Source: Acidobacteriota bacterium | GTDB lineage: Bacteria; Acidobacteriota; Polarisedimenticolia; J045 | DNA: 38,450 nt | Direction of reading: 5' to 3' | Assembly: GCA_003695625.1 (NCBI GenBank) | Contig: RFIB01000100.1 | Span: 1 to 38,450, forward strand | Position numbers and translations under genes: made by a program | Notes under the pieces: model-generated | The model's input: only the letters and a program-made list of their open reading frames with translations | The model's database searches: none | What the model was told of the DNA's origin: nothing | In this document: piece by piece, positions 19,342-27,433 of the stretch | How positions within the stretch are numbered: position 1 is the first letter of the stretch | Layout of the letters: each line of letters starts with the position of its first letter

Positions 19342-19418
19342 TGGTCGGGGCGACTGGATTCGAACCAGCGACCCTCTGCTCCCAAAGCAGATGCGCTACC
19401 AGGCTGCACCACGCCCCG
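19342..19418 (-). tRNA. tRNA-Pro (anticodon TGG), 77 nt, CCA encoded
   Basis: CGGGGCGTGGTGCAGCCTGGTAGCGCATCTGCTTTGGGAGCAGAGGGTCGCTGGTTCGAATCCAGTCGCCCCGACCA folds into a cloverleaf with a TTCGAAT T-loop. Confidence 0.97.
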
Positions 19419-19475
19419 ACCGAAGACGGATGGTAGCCGCGCGCCGCGGGCTCCGCACCCGCGGCGCCGACGGTC

Positions 19476-19931
19476 TCAGCGGTCGCGCCGCTCCCAGTCG
19501 AACGGGATCTCGTTGACCAGCGGATCCCAGCGCTCCTCGTCGGGGACCAGCGGGTTGTACGCCTCGTCGGTCCACACCACGACGAGCGACTCTCCCTCGG
19601 CGATCCCCTTGAGCCCGAACCAGACCCGCGGCGGGATCAGCACCCGGTACGGCGATTCCGGTGCGAGGAACAGCTCGTTGACCTCGAGGTGCGTCGGCGA
19701 CTCCTCGCGCGGATCGTAGAGGCCGAGCCGGACGAGGCCCTGCACGCAGGCCAGCACGTCGGTGCGCTTTCGGTGACGGTGCCAGGCCTTGATCGCCCCG
19801 CCGCGCACCGTCGAGACGTGCACCTGCCCGAAGGCGGGCAGCGTGTCGTCGTCGGCGCGGAACAGCTCGACCACGCGGCCCCGCTCGTCGAGGTGGTTTG
19901 CGAGCGTGAGCAGCCTGACTCCGTCGATCAC
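19476..19931 (-). CDS. dTDP-4-dehydrorhamnose 3,5-epimerase (RmlC)-like cupin
   Basis: IDGV...DERG...KAWHRH...LYDPREESPT...IPPRVWFG. Confidence 0.75.
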   Translation of the reverse strand: MIDGVRLLTLANHLDERGRVVELFRADDDTLPAFGQVHVSTVRGGAIKAWHRHRKRTDVLACVQGLVRLGLYDPREESPTHLEVNELFLAPESPYRVLIPPRVWFGLKGIAEGESLVVVWTDEAYNPLVPDEERWDPLVNEIPFDWERRDR

Positions 19932-20077
19932 GACCCCGCTCCCTTCCCGCGTCGCGCGCGGGCGCGATGGTAGGGAGCGCGCCGCGACGGCGTCAACCGC
20001 GACCGCCTTGCGCCCCGGCACGGGTCGCGCTGCAATGACCGCCGCCCGGATCTTGCGGCCGGGCGGGAGCCTGACGG

Positions 20078-21154
20078 ATGGAGATCGCCCTCTGCGGCCT
20101 GGGCCGCGCCGGAAAGACGACGCTGTGGTCGATCCTGACCGGGCGCGAGGTGCCGCCCGGGGCAAAGCCGGAAACGCGCCGCGGCGTCGCCCGGGTCCCC
20201 GATCCGCGCCTCGATCGGCTGACCGCGCTGTTCGAGCCGAAGAAGCACACGCCGGCGACGGTGACCTACGTCGACGTGCTGGCCCTCGAACGCGGGACCG
20301 GCCGGACGGACAACCCGGTGCTCGCCGAGCTGCGCCCGGCCGACGCACTGATGCTCGTGCTGCGCGCGTTCGACGACCCGGCCGACCCTCACCCCGAGGG
20401 CTCGATCGATCCGGCACGCGACCTCGAGCTGATGGAGACCGAGTTCCTGCTCGCCGACCTGGCCGTGGCCCAGCGCAGGATCGAGCGGCTCGACGCGCTG
20501 ATCCCCAAGACCAACCGCCCCGAGGACCGCGCCGAGCGCGAGCTGATGCACAAGGTCGTCGCCTCCCTCGAGTCGGAGCAGCCGCTGCGCGAGGCGGAGT
20601 TCACGGCAGACGAGCGCAAGGCGCTGCGCGGATTCGCGTTCCTGACCGCCAAGCCGCTGCTCGTCGCGGTCAATCTCGGGGAGGACGACACGACGAAGAT
20701 CGGCGCCCCGCCGGCCGAGCTGGGCCTCGGCGCGCTCGAGGGCCGGTCACAGGTCGACGTCGTCGCGCTGTCGGCACGGATCGAGGAGGAGATCGCCGCG
20801 CTCTCGCCCGAGGACGCCGAGGCGTTCCGCCGCGAGCTGGGCATCGCCGAACCCGCGCTCGACCGGCTGATTCGCGCCAGCTACCGGCTGCTCGGGCTGA
20901 TCTCGTTCTTCACCGTCGGCAAGGACGAGTGCCGCGCGTGGACGATCCGCGAAGGCACCGACGCGCGGACGGCCGCCGGGACGATCCACACCGACCTCGA
21001 GCGCGGGTTCATCCGGGCCGAGGTGATCGAATGGGACCGGCTGCTCGAGGCCGGCTCGCTCGCCGCGGCGCGCGAGCGGGGGTGGCTGCGGCTCGAGGGG
21101 CGCGACTACGTCGTCCGCGACGGCGACGTGCTGCACGTGCGGCACGCGTCCTGA
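20078..21154 (+). CDS. ychF: YchF/Ola1-like P-loop ATPase (DUF933/TGS C-terminus)
   Basis: GLGRAGKTT, VPDPRLDRL, FLTAKP, LISFFTVG...RAWTI, AGTIHTDLERGFIRAE, RLEGRDYVVRDGD. Confidence 0.8.
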   Translation: MEIALCGLGRAGKTTLWSILTGREVPPGAKPETRRGVARVPDPRLDRLTALFEPKKHTPATVTYVDVLALERGTGRTDNPVLAELRPADALMLVLRAFDDPADPHPEGSIDPARDLELMETEFLLADLAVAQRRIERLDALIPKTNRPEDRAERELMHKVVASLESEQPLREAEFTADERKALRGFAFLTAKPLLVAVNLGEDDTTKIGAPPAELGLGALEGRSQVDVVALSARIEEEIAALSPEDAEAFRRELGIAEPALDRLIRASYRLLGLISFFTVGKDECRAWTIREGTDARTAAGTIHTDLERGFIRAEVIEWDRLLEAGSLAAARERGWLRLEGRDYVVRDGDVLHVRHAS

Positions 21155-21315
21155 GCCGGCCGCGGGTTCCGCTTGCGGAAGGAAGAATCCGTCCGGCCGG
21201 GCGCTGCGGGCGCTCCGCGGCCGCCGCCCGGAGCCGCTCGACATACGCGCTCGCAGGGGCCATTTTGTAGGAACGGGGAGTCCGGGCGGGGCCCGACCGC
21301 GCGGGGAGAATCGAG

Positions 21316-22248
21316 ATGACGACGGTCGAGCTCGCCGCCCAGCCGGCCGGGGCGCCACGTGTGCCGTTCCGTACGCGGCTGTTCCGTGTCGTGCACCGGA
21401 TGTTCGCGACAGTCCTGTTCGGGTTGCCCGTGCTCGTCATTGCGTGGGGGCTGCCCTACTACACGGCCCCGCTGGCCGAGCGCGTGCGCCATCCGGCCCA
21501 TCGCGTGCTCAACCCGGCCGGGGACATCGGCCAGGCGTTCGGCGTGCTGGCGTTCGCGCTGTTCCTGTTCCTGTGGCTCTACCCGCTGCGCAAGCGTGTC
21601 GGCCGGGCCCCGTGGCTCGGCCCGGTCCGCGGCTGGCTCGACGTGCACATCGTCGCCGGGCTGGCGGTCCCGCTGATCGGCGCGGTCCATGCGACGTTCC
21701 GGTTCCAGGGCGTCGTCGGCCTCGGCTACGCGGCGATGCTGGTCGTCGCGCTGTCGGGGGTCGTCGGCCGCTACCTCTACGTGCGGATTCCTCGCGGAGT
21801 GAGCGGACTGGCGGCGTCGCGGGAGGAGATCGCCCGCCTGCGGGACGCGATGCTCGCGGAGCTCGCGGGACGCACGGGAATGTCCGCAGACGAGCTGTCG
21901 CGGGCGCTGATCGTCAGCGAGCCGGTCCCGCCCAGGCTCGGGATCGTCGCGACCTTCACCCGGCTGATCCGCGACGACCTGCGCCGCCGGCGGGCCGCCC
22001 GCAGGCTCGTGCGCGAGTGGCGGCGATCCGGCGCGGGCAGCCGCGCCGAGCGCGACGCCGCGCGGAGCGTTCTCCGCCTCGCCCGCCGGCAGATGGCGCT
22101 CGCGCAGCAGATCCGGATGCTCGAGGCGACGCAGCGCGTCTTCGGCTACTGGCATGCCGCACACCTCCCGGTCGCGATCACCGCGATGATCGCCGTGCTG
22201 ATCCACGTCGCGGTCGTCGTTTCCCTCGGGGTCACCTGGTTCTACTGA
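21316..22248 (+). CDS. Polytopic inner-membrane protein with TM histidines, putative b-type cytochrome
   Basis: About 5-6 hydrophobic segments; YPLRKR, WLDVHIVAG, GAVHATF, SGVVGRYLY, YWHAAHLP, VLIHV. Confidence 0.65.
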   Translation: MTTVELAAQPAGAPRVPFRTRLFRVVHRMFATVLFGLPVLVIAWGLPYYTAPLAERVRHPAHRVLNPAGDIGQAFGVLAFALFLFLWLYPLRKRVGRAPWLGPVRGWLDVHIVAGLAVPLIGAVHATFRFQGVVGLGYAAMLVVALSGVVGRYLYVRIPRGVSGLAASREEIARLRDAMLAELAGRTGMSADELSRALIVSEPVPPRLGIVATFTRLIRDDLRRRRAARRLVREWRRSGAGSRAERDAARSVLRLARRQMALAQQIRMLEATQRVFGYWHAAHLPVAITAMIAVLIHVAVVVSLGVTWFY

Positions 22249-22309
22249 CGGTCCGGTGGTACCGGCGCGCCCAGCCGGCTTCCATGCGTTCGACGGGAGA
22301 GACCGATCG

Positions 22310-23755
22310 ATGGAGATGCTGCTGACCACGGCCGGCTTCCTGGCGATCACGGCGCTCGCCGTGCTGTGGCATCTGCGACGCACCGGCCCGCCCGCGGCGG
22401 CGGCCAGCGCACCGACGGGGGAGCCCTGCCCCCGCTGCAGCACGCCGATCGTGCGCGGTGCGACGTTCTGTCCGGGCTGCGGCGTTCCGGTGCAGGTCTG
22501 GGACGTCGTGCGGGCCCCGACGCGGGACCCTGCGACCGCCGGCGCGGACGACGGCGCAGCGAAGCACGCCGTGGTGCGCGCGGATGCGTGTGTCGGCTGC
22601 GGCACGTGCGTCGACGCCTGCCCGGAGGACGGCGCGATCCGCCTCGAGGGCAAGCTGGCGGTCGTCGACCAGCAGAAGTGCGTCGTCCACGGTGCCTGCG
22701 TGAGCGCCTGCCCCGTCGGCGCGATCGTGATCACCACCGGCGAGGCGGTCCAGCGCGTCGAGGCGCCGGAGATCGGCGACGGCTTCGAGTCCAACGTGCC
22801 GGGCGTGTACATCGTCGGCGAGCTCGGTGGCCGCGGCCTGATCAAGAACGCGATCAACGAGGGCAAGATTGCCGTCGAGCACATCGCGGGCCGCATCGCG
22901 CAGTCGCCGCGCCCGGACGAACCGGACGTCCACGACATCGTGATCGTCGGGTCGGGTCCCGCCGGCCTGAGCGCCGCCCTCGAGGCCCGGCGGCAGAAGC
23001 TGTCCGCCGTGGTGCTCGAGCAGGGTTCCCTGGCCGAGAGCATCCGCAAGTATCCGCGCCGCAAGCTGCTGCTCGCCGAGCCGGTCCGGATCCCGCTCTA
23101 CGGCGACCTGTGGGTCGCCGACGCCTCCAAGGAGACCCTGCTCGAGGTGTGGGAGACGATCGTCGCCAACTCGGGCATCACGCTCGAGACGCACTGCCGG
23201 GTCGAGAACGTCGCGCGTCACGGCGACCTGTTCGAGGTGCGCGCGGGCGAGCGTGCCTTTCGCGGGCGGTTCGTCGTGCTTGCGATGGGCCGCCGCGGCA
23301 CGCCGCGCAAGCTCGGCGTTCCGGGCGAAGAGCTCGACAAGGTGTTCTACGACGTGGTCGAGATGGACATGTTCCGCGGCCGGCGCGTGCTCGTCGTCGG
23401 CGGCGGGGACAGCGCCGTCGAGTCGGCGCTCGGGGCGGCCAACCAGGAGGGTGCGACGGTCACGCTGAGCTACCGCGGCGAGCGGATCACGCGCGCCAAG
23501 CCGCGCAACATCGAGAAGCTCGAACGGGCCGTCGCCGAAGGGCGCATCGAGCTGCTCTGCCCGAGCCAGGTGGTCCGAATCCTGCCCGACTCGGTCGAGC
23601 TCCGCGTCGGAGGCGCGACCCGGACGATCCCCAACGACGACGTCGTGATCCGCATCGGCGGCGAGGCCCCGTACGCGTTTCTCGAGCGGATCGGCGTGCG
23701 GATCGTCACCAAGGACGTCCCGCTGGCCACGGAGCTCGAGGGTGTCGGTGCCTGA
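22310..23755 (+). CDS. Membrane-anchored zinc-ribbon + 2x[4Fe-4S] + FAD/NAD(P)H oxidoreductase (TrxR/FNR-type fold)
   Basis: N-terminal TM; CPRC/CPGC; CVGCGTCVDACP; CVVHGACVSACP; VGSGPAG; LAMGRRG; VVGGGDSAVE; LSYR. Confidence 0.85.
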   Translation: MEMLLTTAGFLAITALAVLWHLRRTGPPAAAASAPTGEPCPRCSTPIVRGATFCPGCGVPVQVWDVVRAPTRDPATAGADDGAAKHAVVRADACVGCGTCVDACPEDGAIRLEGKLAVVDQQKCVVHGACVSACPVGAIVITTGEAVQRVEAPEIGDGFESNVPGVYIVGELGGRGLIKNAINEGKIAVEHIAGRIAQSPRPDEPDVHDIVIVGSGPAGLSAALEARRQKLSAVVLEQGSLAESIRKYPRRKLLLAEPVRIPLYGDLWVADASKETLLEVWETIVANSGITLETHCRVENVARHGDLFEVRAGERAFRGRFVVLAMGRRGTPRKLGVPGEELDKVFYDVVEMDMFRGRRVLVVGGGDSAVESALGAANQEGATVTLSYRGERITRAKPRNIEKLERAVAEGRIELLCPSQVVRILPDSVELRVGGATRTIPNDDVVIRIGGEAPYAFLERIGVRIVTKDVPLATELEGVGA

Positions 23756-25841
23756 CGCGCTGCTTCCCGGCCGCCGGGCCGCCCTGACGACGTTCCTGCT
23801 GCTGCTCGCGCTCGCCGGCGCAGGGGCGGCGCACGGCCAGGTGTCCCCCGGGCCGCTGTCCGCCCCGCATGCGGAGCTCGAGGGCAACCGCAACTGCACG
23901 AAGTGCCACGGCGGCGGCGAGGTCGGACAGGACCGCCGCTGCCTCGAGTGCCACCGCGGCATCGCGTCGCTGGTCGAGCGGCGGCGCGGGCTGCACGGAC
24001 TCGAGGGCCGCACGCGGTGCGGCCACTGCCACCCCGAGCATGCCGGCGTCGACTTCGAGCTCGTCGACTGGGGCGTGCCGGGCCGCGAGAAGTTCGACCA
24101 TGGACGCACCGGCTGGCCGCTCGAGCAGAAGCACGCCGCGGCCGCCTGTGACGCCTGTCACCGTCCCGACCGCATCGCCGATCCGGCCCATGCCCTGGAG
24201 CCGAAGCCCGAGGCCCTGGCCCACGTCGGCCTCGACCCGCGCTGCACCACATGCCACGAGGACGCCCACCGCGGCGCGCTCGGCGACGACTGCGCCCGTT
24301 GTCACGACGCGCAGGCGTTCCGTCCGGCGCGCAACTTCGACCACGCGAAGACGGCGTTTCCGCTCACCGGGCGCCACGTCAAGGTCCGCTGTGACGACTG
24401 TCACCTGGCCGACCGGCTGCGCCCGGCGCGCGACGCGCAAGGCCGGCCGGTCCCGGTCTACAAGCCGGTCCCGCACGCCTCGTGCGCGGACTGCCACCGG
24501 GACGTGCACCGCGGGCGGCTCGGGACGGACTGCGCCCGCTGCCATGTCACGGACGGGTTCCGCGTCATCCGGCGCGGCGCCTTCGACCACTCGCGGACCC
24601 GGTTCCCGCTGCGCGGCGCCCACGCCCGGACGAAGTGCGCGAAGTGCCACGGCGAGGGCGAGCGCCGCGTCGCCGCTCCGCGGTTCGACGCGTGCGCGAT
24701 CTGCCACCGCGATCCGCACGACGGCAAGGCGACGATCGCCGGGCGCGTGGCCCACGACTGCATCGTCTGCCACGACGAGCGCGCCTTCAAGCCGTCGACG
24801 TTCACCGTCCGTGACCACGCGAAGACCGGCTATCCGCTCGAGGGGGCCCACGCCCGCACCGCGTGCGCGGCGTGCCACAGGCCCGCCGTGTCGCCCGCGG
24901 GTGCGCCGCGCGCCCCCGGATCGGACGTCAGGTTCCGGATGGACCACGCGCGCTGCACCGACTGCCACGAGGATGCGCATGGCGGACAGCTCGCGAGCGA
25001 CGGCCGGCCGGCACCCGACTGCGCCGAGTGCCACGACGTCGCCGCATTCCGGCCGTCGCGCTTCGGCCGCGCGGAGCACGCCCGCCTCCGGCTGCCGCTC
25101 GAGGGGCGGCATGCCGAGATCGAATGCCGCGCCTGCCACGGTCCGGACCGCCGGGGTCTGCCCGCGCTGCCGGGCCGCGACGTGCTGGGCCGCGCGGGCG
25201 TCGCCGTCCGGCTCGACGACGCGCGCTGCGCCTCGTGCCACGCCGATCCGCACGACGGCCGGCTGACACCCACGGGCACCGACTGCGCGGCCTGCCACGA
25301 CGCCTCGACGTTCCGCCCGTCCCGCTACGACTCCGAGCGCCACCGCGAGGCGCGCTTCCCGCTCGAGCAGGCCCACCGCACGGTCCCGTGCGTGCTGTGC
25401 CACCGCGAGCTCGAGAACCGCGCCCGGCCGAAGAGCACGCTCGTCGCCGCACCGGGCCGGCCCGCGGGAGGCCTGACGTTCGCGGTTGCGAAGCAGGAGT
25501 GCCGCGACTGCCACGACACGCCCCACGGCAGCCAGTTCGACACGCGGGAGGGAGGCGCCGCCTGCTCGACCTGCCACGACCAGGGTGCGTTCCGGCCCGC
25601 GAGCCGGTTCGACCACGACCGGGACGCCCGGTTTGCACTGGGCAAGGCGCACCGAAAGGTGGCCTGCGCCGAGTGCCACAAGGCTCCGGCCGAAGGCCGG
25701 CCGGTCGTCTACCGCCCGCTGGACGGCCGCTGCCGCGCGTGCCACGGCCCGGGGCGCGGCGCGCCCGCGCTCCCCGACGACGCGGAGGGCGCGGACGCGC
25801 GGAGCGGCCGCGGTCAGAAACGCCAGCTCAGCGTCAGGTAG
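23742..25841 (+). CDS. Exported multiheme cytochrome c, 23 CxxCH motifs
   Basis: Manual count of 23 CxxCH; Sec-type signal ending GAAHG/Q; SPGPLSAPH N-terminus; repeating FDH-x-T-xFPL-G-xH units. Confidence 0.93.
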   Translation: MSVPDALLPGRRAALTTFLLLLALAGAGAAHGQVSPGPLSAPHAELEGNRNCTKCHGGGEVGQDRRCLECHRGIASLVERRRGLHGLEGRTRCGHCHPEHAGVDFELVDWGVPGREKFDHGRTGWPLEQKHAAAACDACHRPDRIADPAHALEPKPEALAHVGLDPRCTTCHEDAHRGALGDDCARCHDAQAFRPARNFDHAKTAFPLTGRHVKVRCDDCHLADRLRPARDAQGRPVPVYKPVPHASCADCHRDVHRGRLGTDCARCHVTDGFRVIRRGAFDHSRTRFPLRGAHARTKCAKCHGEGERRVAAPRFDACAICHRDPHDGKATIAGRVAHDCIVCHDERAFKPSTFTVRDHAKTGYPLEGAHARTACAACHRPAVSPAGAPRAPGSDVRFRMDHARCTDCHEDAHGGQLASDGRPAPDCAECHDVAAFRPSRFGRAEHARLRLPLEGRHAEIECRACHGPDRRGLPALPGRDVLGRAGVAVRLDDARCASCHADPHDGRLTPTGTDCAACHDASTFRPSRYDSERHREARFPLEQAHRTVPCVLCHRELENRARPKSTLVAAPGRPAGGLTFAVAKQECRDCHDTPHGSQFDTREGGAACSTCHDQGAFRPASRFDHDRDARFALGKAHRKVACAECHKAPAEGRPVVYRPLDGRCRACHGPGRGAPALPDDAEGADARSGRGQKRQLSVR

Positions 25842-27433
25842 ACCTGGTCGTACTCCTGGCCTTCACCCGTCGATCGCTCGGCGTCGAGAAGCAGGTAGAT
25901 CGAGCGCGTGACGAGCAGGTCGATGTCGAAGCCGTACCACGGCAGGCTGCGCGGCTCCCCGACACCGTCGACCGGCTCGTCGTCGCGTCGGCCGGCCTCG
26001 AGGCCGACCCGCAGCCGCTCGCCGAACGGCACGTCGACACCCAGCACGTGGAGCCAGCCGTCGTACAGGGCGTTCGTGTAGCGCGTCGAGCGCGTGCGCA
26101 GCCCGAGCCGGGCCGCCGTCAGGCGCTCGAGCCGGGTCGTCAGCGTCCAGCTGTCGGAACTTCCCGCGGCGCCTCCGTTCGCGCCGCGGAAGCGCAGTCC
26201 GACACGAAAGCGCTCGAACGGGCGGACGTTGACCCCGGCCCAGTAGCCCTGGCGGCTGCTGTCGTCGAACTCGGTCTCCGGCGTCGTGCGGTCGCGATAC
26301 AGCCGCACGTTCTGGCGGTCGTCCCAGCCCGCGTCGACCACGATCCGGTCCGACAGCCTGTATCGCCCGAAGACGAACGTCGACGTCGGTTCGAGCGTGC
26401 TCTGGCCCGAAGCCGCGCGCCAGCCGCGGTTGATGTCGATCTCCTGGATCAGCGAGACGAACAGCCGCTGCGTCCGGTAGCGGCCCTGGAGGTACAGGAA
26501 CTCGCGGTTGATCTCCCCGCCGACGTACGAGCCGATCACCCCCGCGGTGCCCTCCCACCCGCGACGCGGGTCGCGCTCCGAGCGCGCCTGCAGGTACGCG
26601 CCGTACTGCCGCGTCCCGGTCGACACGGACATCGTGGCGGGATCGGGTTCGGAGCCGACGAAGGCGCCGGCCCCCCAGCGCGGCCGCTGGTACTCGGCCA
26701 GCGCGCCGTCGAACAGGCTGATGCCGGCCAGTGCCTGGGAGAACTGGCGTCCGACGGAGACCCGCCACGGCGTGCCCGCGGGATACCACTCGACGGACGC
26801 GCGATAGACGCGCGTGCGATTGACGGTCTCGTCCGTTGCGTCCCGGTACGTGCGGCGCACGCGCGTGTCGAGATGCACGCCGAGGCCGCTGCCGCCGACG
26901 TCGCTGCCGTCGAGGCGCACGGTCAGGGCCGGCTGCGAGAATCCGCCGCCGGTGTCGGCGCGGTCACGGACCGCCAGCCAGGCGAGGCCGACCCGCCCGC
27001 GCAGACCCGCCTCGCGCAGGCGTTCGCGCAACGGCGTGCGTGGCGCACGGGGCGGCGGCGGAGCCGGCGGGGCCGGCTCCGGCGGGGCGACGACGGGCGT
27101 GACGCTCTTCCGGGCGACGAGGCGGACCTCGTCGCCGATCGCGACGCGCTCGCCGACGGGGGCGCCGTCCTGGGGCACCAGCACCGCACGGTGTCCCGAG
27201 ACCTCGCGCACCTCGAGCACCAGCACCACGTGGCCGTCCCGCACGACGTCCACCCGGTCGCCGACGACGACGCCGGACCGGGCGCCGGCGTCGATGTAGA
27301 CCGAGCTGCCGCTGACGTACGTCACGCGGGCCCGGTAGGTGGCGAGCTGTTCCTCCGCGCGCGACGGCGCGCCAGGCGCGAGCGCCAGCGCGAGCGCGAG
27401 CGCGAGCGCGACGGACCTCCCCCGGCCCGTCAC
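25814..27433 (-). CDS. Outer-membrane beta-barrel (putative cytochrome-associated porin)
   Basis: GTG start overlaps the upstream cytochrome stop (GTGA); signal peptide; amphipathic strands; C-terminal YLTLSWRF beta-signal ending in Phe. Confidence 0.8.
   Translation of the reverse strand: MTGRGRSVALALALALALAPGAPSRAEEQLATYRARVTYVSGSSVYIDAGARSGVVVGDRVDVVRDGHVVLVLEVREVSGHRAVLVPQDGAPVGERVAIGDEVRLVARKSVTPVVAPPEPAPPAPPPPRAPRTPLRERLREAGLRGRVGLAWLAVRDRADTGGGFSQPALTVRLDGSDVGGSGLGVHLDTRVRRTYRDATDETVNRTRVYRASVEWYPAGTPWRVSVGRQFSQALAGISLFDGALAEYQRPRWGAGAFVGSEPDPATMSVSTGTRQYGAYLQARSERDPRRGWEGTAGVIGSYVGGEINREFLYLQGRYRTQRLFVSLIQEIDINRGWRAASGQSTLEPTSTFVFGRYRLSDRIVVDAGWDDRQNVRLYRDRTTPETEFDDSSRQGYWAGVNVRPFERFRVGLRFRGANGGAAGSSDSWTLTTRLERLTAARLGLRTRSTRYTNALYDGWLHVLGVDVPFGERLRVGLEAGRRDDEPVDGVGEPRSLPWYGFDIDLLVTRSIYLLLDAERSTGEGQEYDQVYLTLSWRF

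Noticed and set aside
19324-19476. tRNA-Pro as an integration site of a genomic island
   Set aside because: No integrase, no duplicated tRNA 3' end noticed, and no compositional shift in the flanks.
22246-22270. UGA followed by a small hairpin (CCGGT-GGT-ACCGG) as a possible Sec codon/SECIS, given nearby selA
   Set aside because: The hairpin is too close to the UGA and too short. Read-through is out of frame with the next gene and gives no sensible protein.
27377-27410. GCGAGC hexamer run in the porin leader as a phase-variation tract
   Set aside because: It encodes the (AL)n signal-peptide core; the unit length is a multiple of 3, so slippage would not shift the frame.
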